25,950 nt of DNA, from the IMG/VR virus record IMGVR_UViG_3300033076_000748, positions 1-25,950 of that record; one strand, written 5' to 3'. The stretch is from a virus. Lineage: Duplodnaviria > Caudoviricetes. The translations under genes and the position numbers were made by a program. The notes beneath the pieces were generated by a model. That model was given only the letters and a program-made list of their open reading frames with translations. It made no database searches and was not told the DNA's origin. Shown in pieces: positions 7,501 through 16,195 of the stretch (positions are counted from its first letter, which is position 1; the number at the start of each line of letters is the position of its first letter).

Positions 7501-10500
7501 ACATTGCTGGTGGATTCTTTATTGGTAACGGTAGCCAACTCACAGGCTTGCCAGCAAGCTATTCAAACACAAACGTTGCTACATACCTAGCAAGCGGAAC
7601 AAACTCTGCTAATATCATTACCACAGCCAACATCAGTGGTCAATTTATTTTAGGTAATGGTGCGTTTTTAACTGGTATTGCAGCTGGATCTAGCTATGGT
7701 GATTCTAACGTAACAACATTGCTGGCTGCGTTGGGTGCAAACACAATCAGTGGTACTGGTAACGTTACGACTACTGCTAATATTACAGGTGGCAACTTAT
7801 TAACAGGTGGAGCAGTATCGGCCACTGGAAACGTATCTGCAACCGGTAACGTCCAAGCTGGTAATTTGATAACTGGTGGTAACATTTTCACCAACACCAA
7901 CGGTGGCGGCTTACAATCTACCACGCTAACAACATCAACTTACAATATCTACACTCAGGCCCCGGCCAACGCACAGTCAAAGACTCTTAACATTGGTACT
8001 GGCCAAACACTGAGCACAGCAACTACAGCCATTAACTTTGGTAGTCAGTTTGGTACTTCTAATACCACTGTGTATGGTAACTTTATTGTTGCCAACATAA
8101 TGACAAGTTTAAGCACTGGTAGTGCAAACTTCTTGGGCAACATGCGCGGCGCCAACTTGAACACAGGTGGTGTAGTAAGCGCAACTGGCAACATAATTGG
8201 CGGTAACTTAAACGCAGCTGGTCTAAGTCTCAGCGGTAACGTCGTTAGCAACTTGAGTGTAACTTCAAACATTGCTGGCGGTAACATTTTGACCCCTGGT
8301 TTGATCAGTGCAACTGGCAACATCAACGGCGGCAACGTCAATACAGCTATTGTTAGCGCAACTGGTAATATCAACGTTGGCGGCAGCATTGTAACTGCTG
8401 GAGCATCAGGTAATATTACAGGTGCCAATGTAATTTCTGCAACTACACTCAGTGCAAGTGCTAACGTAACTGGTGCAAACATCAATGGTACCGTTGTAAG
8501 TGCAACTGGCAATGTGATTGGTGGCAATGTTTCGACCGCTGGATTAATCACTGCAACTGGCAACATTACATCGGCAGCTAACATTAGCGGTACTTACATT
8601 TTAGGTAACGGTGCATTCCTGACAGGCCTGGCAGCAACTTACGGCAACTCAAATGTTGCAGCATATTTGCCAACATACTCAGGTAATTTAGATTCGTTGG
8701 CTGGAAATGTAACAACCACCGGCAATATCTCAGCAAACTATTATATTGGTAATGGTGCATTGCTCACAGGTGTAGTTGCCACAGGCATTGGCACACTTGC
8801 AAGTTTAAGTGTAATTGGAAACATTGACACCGGTAATTTACGCACAGCAGGATTGGTCACAGCCACTGGCAACGTCACTGGTGGCAATGTAATTACTGCT
8901 GGATTGTTTGGCTGGTCTGGTACTGGTGCAAACTCTAGAATCACCAACGATGGTACTATCGCCCTTGTGCCAGACACGGCATTAAGTGCAACCAATGGCG
9001 TTCAAATTGGTGGTGCTGGTTATATTCTTGGACCAAACGGTTCAAGAAACATGGCACTGAACTACAACAGTGAAAACGGCTTAGCCGGTGCATACCGTGT
9101 TGGTGTATATGGCAACCAAACCGAAGCGATCACTAACTATGGTTCAAACGGTACTGGTACAATAGGTAATGCTACAACTTATTTTGGCAATGCCTATGTT
9201 AATAATGTTCTAACTACAACAGTAACCGCAACAGGTAACGTGGTTGGTGGCAATATTAGAACAGGCGGTGTGATCACTGCCACAGGTAATATCATAGGCG
9301 GAAATATCAACACAGCAGGTGATGTAAGTGCTGCTACGTTGAACACAACCGGTAATGCAGTTATCGGCGGTGATTTGATTGTAAATGGTAATATTGCTTA
9401 TGTTAATGTATCTACTCTCAGTGTTGAAGATCCAATCATTGGTCTAGGACGCGGTCCAAATGACGCTCCATTGATCAGCGACGATGGCAAAGACCGCGGT
9501 ACAGATCTTTGGTATTACAACGGCGCAGAAAAACAAGCATTTATTGGTTTAAAAGATTCAACTGGTAAGTTGTTTGCAGCCACAGACGTAAGTATTGCCA
9601 ACGAACAAGTCACTGTCAATAGCTACGGAACATTTGTTGTTGGTACGCTCGAAGGTGCAGTGGTCAGCGTTACAGGCAACGTTAGAGGCGCTAATTTCAA
9701 CACTGACGGTTTGGTCAGCGCAGCTGGTAATATCACAGGCGGTAACTTAATCACAGGTGGCGCAGTAAGTGCAACAGGTGCAATTTCTGCCGCAGGCAAC
9801 ATCACTGGCGGCAATGTCAATACTGCCGGCCTAGTAAGTGCTACAGGCAACATTAACGGTGGCAATGTCAATACAACATTGGTAACAGCCACTACGCTCA
9901 GTGCAACTGCCAACGTTGTTGGTGGCAACGTTAATACTGCTGGTGTTGTATTGGCAACTGGTAACATAACTGGTGGCAATTTAACCACTGCTGGTCAAGC
10001 ATCTGCTGGTGGCAATATCACTGGTGGCAATATTAACACTGCTGGTGTAGTAACTGCCATTGGCAACGTTGGCGGCGGCAACATCAACAGTGCAGCTTTG
10101 GTTAGCGCCGTTGGTAACATTGCTGGTGGCAATTTAACCACCGTTGGGCAAGTCAGCGCCACAGGCAACATCACAGGCGGCAATGTTAATACAACATTGG
10201 TAGCAGCCACAACACTCAGCGCAACTGGCAATGTACAAGGTGGTAACATTAACACTGCTGGACAAGTTAGTTCAGTTGGCAACATTGTTGGCGGTAACTT
10301 AAATGCAGCAGGACTGAGCCTAAGCGGCAATGTATTAAGCGAGATAAACTCAACTAGCAACATTACCGGTGCAAGTTTAAATGCCAGTGGCGTTGTTTCA
10401 GCAGCCGGTAACATAACTGCTTTGGGTAACATCAGTGGCGGCAACATCTTAACATCAAATGCTGTTTCTGCATCTACACTGTTTGCTTCCGGCACAATCA

Positions 10501-11987
10501 GCGGTGTAGGCAATGTCAATGGTGGCAACATCAACACAGGTGGGTTAATCAGTGCCACAGGATCTATCAATGCTGGAACTACTGTATCAGCAGCTGGTAA
10601 TGTAACCGGCGGAAATATTCGCACTGCAGGTGTTGTAAGTGCTGGCGGTAACATTTTAACTTCAGCTCAGATCAGTTCAACTGGCAACATTACTTCAGCA
10701 GGCAACGTATTTGCAACGACCTTCTTTGGTAACTTGTCAGGTAATATCACCACTCCAGGTGCAAACAGTCAAGTTATGTTTAACTTGAACGGTCAGCTTG
10801 GCGCTGATTCTGGAATGGTATATGACTATGTTGCCAATGCACTCACAGTCAGCGGTAAGATTGCCACTGACCAAGGTGGTGATTTAGATATCTCTGGACG
10901 TATCAGTGCAGCAGGTAACATCTTAACGGGCACAGGTAATATCTCCGGCGGTAATGTGTTGTCAGGAGCAGCAATTAGCGCAGTTGGCAATATCACAGGT
11001 GGTAACTTAAATGCCGCTGGATTGAGCCTAAGTGGCAACGTTGTGAGTGCATTGAACTTGTCTGGCGGTGCAATTAACACCACTGGAGCAATTTCTGCAA
11101 CAGGCAATGTAACTGGCGGAAATATCAATGCCCCAGGATTGGTCACAGCAACTGGTAACGTTGTTGGTGGTAATATTGTCACAGGCGGTGCAGTAAGTGC
11201 AACTGGTACAGTATCGGCAGCCGGCAATGTTGTTGGTGGTAATGTTAATACAGGCGGCTTGATCACTGCCACAGGCAACATCACTGGTGGTAATATTACC
11301 ACAGCTGGTATATTGTCTGTTGCTGGTAACATTTTTGGCGCAACAGATTTGTATATTGGTTCAGGCGCAGCTACAGCTGGATTTACGACATCGCCAGTTA
11401 TTATTGGTAGAGATTCTAGTTTAACATACACTCAAATCGGTATTCAAAACGCTTCGGGATTTGGTTCCGCTGACTTTACAGCATACGCAAACAACGGCAC
11501 TGAATCTAGCTCATGGATGGACATGGGCTTTACTGGTAATACATTCAATGATTTAGCATACACAGTAACTGGAGCAAATGACGGATACTTGTTCGCTCAA
11601 GGTAATGCAAGTTTTGGTGGTAATTTGGTTATTGCCACAGGCGACCTTGGCACTGACAAAGACATTGTGTTTGCAACTGGTGGCTTCTTAGCAGGCAATA
11701 TCAAAGCTAGATTATACAACTCAACCGGACAGTTCAGTGTAACTGGTAATGTTGCAGGCGGCAACCTAACAACCGGCGGCGCAGTAAGTGCAACAGGTGC
11801 AATCTATGGCGCAAGTCTAACAGCAACTGGCAACGTAGTTGGTGGCAATGTCACTACAACAGGTTTGTTCTCTACAACAGGCAACATCAGTGCCAATAAT
11901 ATCAGTGCTACAACAGGCATAAGTATTACTGGAAAAGCGGTAGCAACAGTTGATGATGCAACAGCATTGGCAATAGCATTAGGATAA
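4536..11987 (+). CDS. giant repetitive tail fibre/baseplate-attached protein (2483 aa)
   Basis: N-terminus IDIGAAANDGTGEPLRDAFNAVNDNFTEIY resembles the T4 gp9/gp10-type N-terminal motif. Dozens of ~17-aa GNITGGN repeats and several ~42-aa GNGSQLTGL repeats. Ends in ALAIALG. Confidence 0.85.
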   Translation: MAQQIIDIGAAANDGTGEPLRDAFNAVNDNFTEIYAAGPVDSNIAIANNTISVTNTNGNLVLMPNGIGVLQSNSTILPSIDNVYDVGSPTLRFNTINAGYFVGNGAGLTGVVAASGPYIANGTSNVTVVSSGGNVTIGIQTTSNTVVFGRYDSTFKGNILPASNVTYNLGSPTAAWKDVYLSNSTVYLNNAAISANSTAFSFTTPGGGTVVLEGSGTITPYGNSNVQAYLPTYTGALRGANVSVTGNVTGSYIFGNGSQLTGLPATYSNANVQAYLPTYSGNIGSLTAVGNVLIVDGVLTGNGAGLYGVTATSNVGSASKLQNGSTEFNIPLANGNVVGNIGGIPNVFEFSTVGLSVAGNVTSNYFIGNGSQLTGLPAGYSNADVSSYLASGTNSANIITTANVNANNVNATGFINAGNITTTGSSGNISGANYVTANFFVGNGSQLTGIVSSYGNSNVATYLASGTNSANVVTTGNVSGTYILGNVAFATGIPATYGNSNVAAYLASGTDTSNIITTANISGQYILGNGSQLTGLPAGYANSDVATFLASGTDAANIVTTGNISGTYFIGNGSQLTGLPASYSNAEVSAYLASGTNSANVITTANVTGGNITTVGIVSAAANVRGGNINTAGLVSATGNVYGGNINTVGIVSATGNIVTTANISGGNLSLSGIFGASTLSATANVDGGNLRTPGVVSASGNIITDGYFVGNFAGNITGNLTVPGSNTQVLYNANGNAGAVAGFTYASDSNTMTVLGVVSAQGNVVAGNVTTVGQVSAAGNITGGNLGVAGNVSATANVNGGNIISTALVQGASVSASGNVTSGNVNTGGLITAAGNITGGNINTAGSISATGNITGGNLSGTSIAGTLTTAAQTNITSVGTLGSLTVTANVAGGNLVTGGQVSASGNITGGNLNIAGNIVDTGALTIITGSNGNIALAPNGTGIVTASSAVSATGNITGGNLNATGLSLSGNVVSALVSAANITTTANIAGGFFIGNGSQLTGLPASYSNTNVATYLASGTNSANIITTANISGQFILGNGAFLTGIAAGSSYGDSNVTTLLAALGANTISGTGNVTTTANITGGNLLTGGAVSATGNVSATGNVQAGNLITGGNIFTNTNGGGLQSTTLTTSTYNIYTQAPANAQSKTLNIGTGQTLSTATTAINFGSQFGTSNTTVYGNFIVANIMTSLSTGSANFLGNMRGANLNTGGVVSATGNIIGGNLNAAGLSLSGNVVSNLSVTSNIAGGNILTPGLISATGNINGGNVNTAIVSATGNINVGGSIVTAGASGNITGANVISATTLSASANVTGANINGTVVSATGNVIGGNVSTAGLITATGNITSAANISGTYILGNGAFLTGLAATYGNSNVAAYLPTYSGNLDSLAGNVTTTGNISANYYIGNGALLTGVVATGIGTLASLSVIGNIDTGNLRTAGLVTATGNVTGGNVITAGLFGWSGTGANSRITNDGTIALVPDTALSATNGVQIGGAGYILGPNGSRNMALNYNSENGLAGAYRVGVYGNQTEAITNYGSNGTGTIGNATTYFGNAYVNNVLTTTVTATGNVVGGNIRTGGVITATGNIIGGNINTAGDVSAATLNTTGNAVIGGDLIVNGNIAYVNVSTLSVEDPIIGLGRGPNDAPLISDDGKDRGTDLWYYNGAEKQAFIGLKDSTGKLFAATDVSIANEQVTVNSYGTFVVGTLEGAVVSVTGNVRGANFNTDGLVSAAGNITGGNLITGGAVSATGAISAAGNITGGNVNTAGLVSATGNINGGNVNTTLVTATTLSATANVVGGNVNTAGVVLATGNITGGNLTTAGQASAGGNITGGNINTAGVVTAIGNVGGGNINSAALVSAVGNIAGGNLTTVGQVSATGNITGGNVNTTLVAATTLSATGNVQGGNINTAGQVSSVGNIVGGNLNAAGLSLSGNVLSEINSTSNITGASLNASGVVSAAGNITALGNISGGNILTSNAVSASTLFASGTISGVGNVNGGNINTGGLISATGSINAGTTVSAAGNVTGGNIRTAGVVSAGGNILTSAQISSTGNITSAGNVFATTFFGNLSGNITTPGANSQVMFNLNGQLGADSGMVYDYVANALTVSGKIATDQGGDLDISGRISAAGNILTGTGNISGGNVLSGAAISAVGNITGGNLNAAGLSLSGNVVSALNLSGGAINTTGAISATGNVTGGNINAPGLVTATGNVVGGNIVTGGAVSATGTVSAAGNVVGGNVNTGGLITATGNITGGNITTAGILSVAGNIFGATDLYIGSGAATAGFTTSPVIIGRDSSLTYTQIGIQNASGFGSADFTAYANNGTESSSWMDMGFTGNTFNDLAYTVTGANDGYLFAQGNASFGGNLVIATGDLGTDKDIVFATGGFLAGNIKARLYNSTGQFSVTGNVAGGNLTTGGAVSATGAIYGASLTATGNVVGGNVTTTGLFSTTGNISANNISATTGISITGKAVATVDDATALAIALG
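5192..6350 (+). repeat. coding tandem repeats of ~42 aa (F/LxGNGSQLTGLPAxYxNxxVxxYLASGTxSANIxTTxN)
   Basis: Several copies in this interval (boundaries approximate), more near 7520-7700 and 8600-8770. Identical 32-mer ggtaatggtagtcagcttactggcttacctgc at 5298-5329 and 6117-6148. Confidence 0.8.
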
Positions 11988-11990
11988 AAA

Positions 11991-12326
11991 ATGGCAAATA
12001 CATTTACACGAAAACTCAGCAGAGGAATTGGAACTACTGCAACTCAAGTAGGATCATACACTGTTGGCTCTAGCACTACTACAGTGGTTGTTGGTCTAAC
12101 AGTTACAAACACATCGGGCGGTGCTATTACTGCCAACGTTTATATCAATGACCAAAGCGCAGCCAATACTTACGTAGTTACAAACGCACCTATTTCCAGT
12201 GGTGCATCATTGGTACCAATTGGCGGAGATCAAAAGATTGTTTTGATCACAGGCGACAAGATTTATGTTCAAAGCAGTGCTGCCAGCAGCATTGATGCAA
12301 TTTTGAGTATCATGGAAATCACATAA
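11991..12326 (+). CDS. small virion-associated beta-rich protein (111 aa, MANTF-type)
   Basis: Starts 3 nt after the fibre gene stop; SD GGA; stop overlaps the next start (TAATG). Confidence 0.75.
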   Translation: MANTFTRKLSRGIGTTATQVGSYTVGSSTTTVVVGLTVTNTSGGAITANVYINDQSAANTYVVTNAPISSGASLVPIGGDQKIVLITGDKIYVQSSAASSIDAILSIMEIT

Positions 12327-15300
12327 TGGCTTATATCGGTATTAATCCACAATCACCGTTGTTGAATACCAGCACTGAAACTTTTAGCGGTAACAGTGCT
12401 GCTACTCAATTTACGTTGAATCGATCAGTTTCATCAGCGTCAGATCTTGACGTTATGATCGGCTCTACTTTACAGCGTCCATTCACGGATTATACCGCTG
12501 GTAACACAACTTTGTTATTCACAAGTGCTCCAACCACTGGGTCTAACAACATCACAGTTACATATCGTGCCGGCGCACTTAACTCACTGGACTTAACTGC
12601 CAGCGTTTTTAACTCTGGTACGGAAGGCAATCCCAGCGTTTATTCTCTAGCTGGGGATAACACAGGTATCTATTGGGCCAACTCATCGTCGATGAGTATT
12701 ACTGTACAAGGCTCAGATCGTGCAATTTTTAATGGCAACGCTACATCAGTTAGTGCAACAACTGGCGCAATTGTTGTTGCTGGTGGTGTTGGCGCATCTG
12801 GTAACGTCAATGTTACTGGGATTATTGCTACGACCAACAACACAGAAAGTACTTCTCTCTACACTGGTGCCATGCAAGTTGGCGGTGGCGCAGGCATCGT
12901 TGGTAACTTAAACGTTGGTGGCGACATTACCTGCGTTGGAGACTTTACAGTTAATGGTATTTTTACTACTACTGGTACAGATAGTCTTGAAGTTAATGAT
13001 CCTTTTATCTTCTTAGCCAATGCTAACCCAGGCGACACCTACGATTCAGGTGTTGTTACTCAGTACTACGATGGCTCGAACACACGGTACTCTGGTTACT
13101 TCCGTGACATTACAGACAACAAATACAAGTTGTTTGGTAACTTATTGCCAAAACCGGGCACAACAGTTGATACAGCCAATGCAAGTTTCCAATATCAAGA
13201 TTTAGTATTGGCTAATTTGAGTGCAACTGGCAACGTTAATGCTGCTTACTTTGTTGGTAATGGTTCTGGCTTAACAGGCATTTCAACAGACACTACACAA
13301 ATTCAAAATAGTACCAGTAAAGTTATTATTCCGTCGGCCAACGGCAACATTGTTGCTAATGTAAATGGCTCAACTATTGCTAATATTTGGTCAAGCGGTA
13401 TCGCTCTAACTGGCGGACTTGTTGCATCAACTATTGTAAGTGCTACTGGTAATATCACAGGTGGTAATATTATCACAGGTGGTGCAGTAAGTGCCACCGG
13501 TGTGGTATCAGCAGCAGGTAACGTAGCAGGTGGTAACATTTCTACTCCAGGATTAATTGTAGCCACTGGTAATATTGATGGCGGAAACTTGCGCACCGCT
13601 GGACAAGCCAGTGTTGGCGGTAATATTCAAGGCGGCAACATCAAAACTGCTGGATTGATTTCGGCTACTGGTGATATTTACGGTACTAACTTTATCGGAA
13701 CTACTGCCACTGCAACTGCTAACATTGATGGTGGCAACATTATCAGCCAAGGCATTGTAACCACAGTTGGTGACATTTTAGGCGGTGCGGCAGTAAGTGC
13801 AGTTGGTAACATCACCGGCGGCAACGTTAATACTGGCATTCTAAGCCTAAGTGGCAACATAATCAGTGCTATCAACACCACATCAAACATCACAACCACT
13901 GGTAACATTGCTGGCGGTAATATTGTATCAACAACATTGATGCAAGGTGTTACTTTAAGTGTAACTGGTCAAGCTATACTTTCTACAACTACGTCAGGCA
14001 TCAACATTGGTGGTGCTCAAACTTCAGGTGCAACTACTATAGGTGGCACAGCACAAACAGGTTTTATCACTGTTGGCCGCTCAACCGCCACACAACCAAT
14101 CTACATTGGCAACGGTGTCACATCATCAGGCAACACCAAAACCCTCAGCATTGGCGAAAACGGCGCAGCAGGTTCTACAACTAACATCAACATTGGTCCA
14201 GCACTTGGTACTGGTGCTGTTGCAGTTGGTGCGGCTGCAACTGTAGCAATTGCCAACACCAGCAGTACAGCTCTTAGTGTAGCAGGTAACATCACTGGTG
14301 GTAATATTAGTACCGCTGGTTCCGGTGGTAACATCACCGGCGCCAACGTTGTTTCAGCTACAACATTCAATGGCACAACAGTTAGTGTAACTGGTAACGT
14401 TACAGGTGGTAATATCATTACACTGGCAGCATTCAGTGCAGTTTCTGTGTCTGCTTCTGGCAACGTCACAGGCGGCAACTTGATTACCAACGGTGCTATT
14501 TCAGCAGGTGGATTGGTTAGTGCAACAGGCAACATAACTGGTGGTAACATCAACACTGCTGGTTTAGTAAGTTCAACAGGCAACGTTACCAACGGCATTG
14601 CCAACGTACTCACTGGTAACTTGATTGCTACAACACTGGTATCGGGCACAACACTATCTGGTACAACACTCAGCGCAAGCGGTAACGTTGTTGGTGGTAA
14701 TTTGAACGCAGCAGGTCTAAGCCTCAGTGGCAACGTTATCTCTGGTTTGAGCATGGTTACTGCCATCACCACCACAGGCAACATCACTGGTGGTAATATT
14801 TCAGTAACTGGAAACACAATCAATACTGGACAATTAAGCGTAGTTGGTAACATTGTTCAAAGTGCAGCTAATTCATTTGTTGCACAGAGTTATGCTCAAG
14901 GTTTGACAGCAACTGGGTCAACTCAAGGTACTGCGTATGTAATTACAGCAACCAACAACCAATTTACCACAGTGGCATCGGGCACCGGCGCTATATTGCC
15001 AGCAGGCTTGCCAGGACAAACTTTATTTGTGGCCAATGATTCTGCTACCAATGCGTTGTTGATATATCCACCACTGGGCGGATCAATTGATCAAGCTGTG
15101 GCCAATGCTGCAATTTCAGTCAGTGCGCTTGGTATGTGGATGGGCACTGCATTAAGTGCCAACGTATGGACCACAATCAGTCCAGACACTGCTGGCACAG
15201 CTAATCAAATCACAGTTACACAGGGCAACGGGGTAGTTACATTAGCCCTGGCGTCAAGTCCTTCTGTAACCGGCAATATCACTGCTGGTAACTTGTCGGT

Positions 15301-15790
15301 GGGAACTGGAACCGTTACACTTAATAACGTGGTCAATGGCGGCGCCAACGGTGTAGGTAATATTGGCAGTTCCACTGGATACTTTAACACAGTATTTGCG
15401 AAAGCAACATCAGCACAGTACGCTGACTTGGCAGAAAATTATGCTGCTGACGCAGAATATCTACCAGGTACGGTGTTAGATTTTGGCGGCGAATTTGAAG
15501 TCACAATTTCTAACTCCGCTAGCCCAAGAATTGCGGGTGTGGTAACCACTAACCCTGCTCACATCATGAATTCAAACATCAACGCTGTGCATATTGCAGC
15601 AGTTGCATTAACTGGACGAGTCCCAACCAGTGTAGTTGGTAAAGTACAAAAAGGCGACATGATGATATCAGCTGGTAATGGTCAAGCACAAGCATGTGCT
15701 ACACCTGCTGTTGGCACAGTAATTGGCAAGGCACTTGAAAACTTCGATGGCGAAGCAGGTGTTATCGAAGTTGTAGTCGGCAGACTATAA
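12326..15790 (+). CDS. tail fibre-like protein with C-terminal intramolecular-chaperone-like (peptidase G2-type) domain (1154 aa)
   Basis: MAYIG N-terminal module and GNITGGN repeats. C-terminus ATSAQYADLAENY...PGTV...VALTGRVP...KGD...GTVIGKALE...IEVVVGRL. Confidence 0.8.
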   Translation: MAYIGINPQSPLLNTSTETFSGNSAATQFTLNRSVSSASDLDVMIGSTLQRPFTDYTAGNTTLLFTSAPTTGSNNITVTYRAGALNSLDLTASVFNSGTEGNPSVYSLAGDNTGIYWANSSSMSITVQGSDRAIFNGNATSVSATTGAIVVAGGVGASGNVNVTGIIATTNNTESTSLYTGAMQVGGGAGIVGNLNVGGDITCVGDFTVNGIFTTTGTDSLEVNDPFIFLANANPGDTYDSGVVTQYYDGSNTRYSGYFRDITDNKYKLFGNLLPKPGTTVDTANASFQYQDLVLANLSATGNVNAAYFVGNGSGLTGISTDTTQIQNSTSKVIIPSANGNIVANVNGSTIANIWSSGIALTGGLVASTIVSATGNITGGNIITGGAVSATGVVSAAGNVAGGNISTPGLIVATGNIDGGNLRTAGQASVGGNIQGGNIKTAGLISATGDIYGTNFIGTTATATANIDGGNIISQGIVTTVGDILGGAAVSAVGNITGGNVNTGILSLSGNIISAINTTSNITTTGNIAGGNIVSTTLMQGVTLSVTGQAILSTTTSGINIGGAQTSGATTIGGTAQTGFITVGRSTATQPIYIGNGVTSSGNTKTLSIGENGAAGSTTNINIGPALGTGAVAVGAAATVAIANTSSTALSVAGNITGGNISTAGSGGNITGANVVSATTFNGTTVSVTGNVTGGNIITLAAFSAVSVSASGNVTGGNLITNGAISAGGLVSATGNITGGNINTAGLVSSTGNVTNGIANVLTGNLIATTLVSGTTLSGTTLSASGNVVGGNLNAAGLSLSGNVISGLSMVTAITTTGNITGGNISVTGNTINTGQLSVVGNIVQSAANSFVAQSYAQGLTATGSTQGTAYVITATNNQFTTVASGTGAILPAGLPGQTLFVANDSATNALLIYPPLGGSIDQAVANAAISVSALGMWMGTALSANVWTTISPDTAGTANQITVTQGNGVVTLALASSPSVTGNITAGNLSVGTGTVTLNNVVNGGANGVGNIGSSTGYFNTVFAKATSAQYADLAENYAADAEYLPGTVLDFGGEFEVTISNSASPRIAGVVTTNPAHIMNSNINAVHIAAVALTGRVPTSVVGKVQKGDMMISAGNGQAQACATPAVGTVIGKALENFDGEAGVIEVVVGRL

Positions 15791-15799
15791 GGATAAAAA

Positions 15800-16192
15800 A
15801 TGGCTTATTTAGGTAATACACCACAAATTGGACAATATAGAAAGATGGACAGCCTGTCCTTCAACGGAGTCAATCAAACATTTAATATCACTGTAGATGG
15901 TGTGGCATTTACGCCGCCTACTGCGTATGCAATGATGGTAAGTTTGGACAATGTTATATTGAATCCCGGAGTTGATTTTAGTATTTCAGGATCGCAAATA
16001 AGTTTTGCAACACCTCCGTTGGCATTAACACCCTTTTTCGGCTTGCTGTTCGGCGACACGCTATATACTGGCACACCCAGCGATGCCACTGTTATTGACA
16101 GCAAAATTGCAACAGGAACAATAAGTTACAACAAATTCAGTGTTGATACACAAGCAACATTGACAGCTAATCAAATCATATTTGGAGTTTAA
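15800..16192 (+). CDS. small virion protein paralogous to the N-terminus of 12326-15790 (130 aa)
   Basis: SD TAAGGA. MAYLGNTP...FNG..TFNI...PGVDFSISGSQISFATPP aligns by eye with MAYIGINP...FSG..QFTL...PFTDYTAGNTTLLFTSAP. Confidence 0.75.
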   Translation: MAYLGNTPQIGQYRKMDSLSFNGVNQTFNITVDGVAFTPPTAYAMMVSLDNVILNPGVDFSISGSQISFATPPLALTPFFGLLFGDTLYTGTPSDATVIDSKIATGTISYNKFSVDTQATLTANQIIFGV

Positions 16193-16195
16193 AAG

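Noticed and set aside
4536-11987. Bacterial autotransporter or filamentous haemagglutinin
   Set aside because: No signal peptide or C-terminal beta-barrel; it has a phage baseplate-type N-terminus and phage neck genes nearby.
3040-15390. Many long antisense ORFs (MLPP/TLP-rich) opposite the fibre genes
   Set aside because: They mirror the GGN/AAY/ACN repeat codons of the sense genes, which rarely create antisense stops; no independent start signals noticed.
4536-15790. Repeats as a CRISPR array or a diversity-generating retroelement TR/VR pair
   Set aside because: Repeats are in-frame and vary mostly at synonymous positions; no constant repeat-spacer pattern, no adenine-specific pair noticed, no reverse transcriptase or cas gene in the window.
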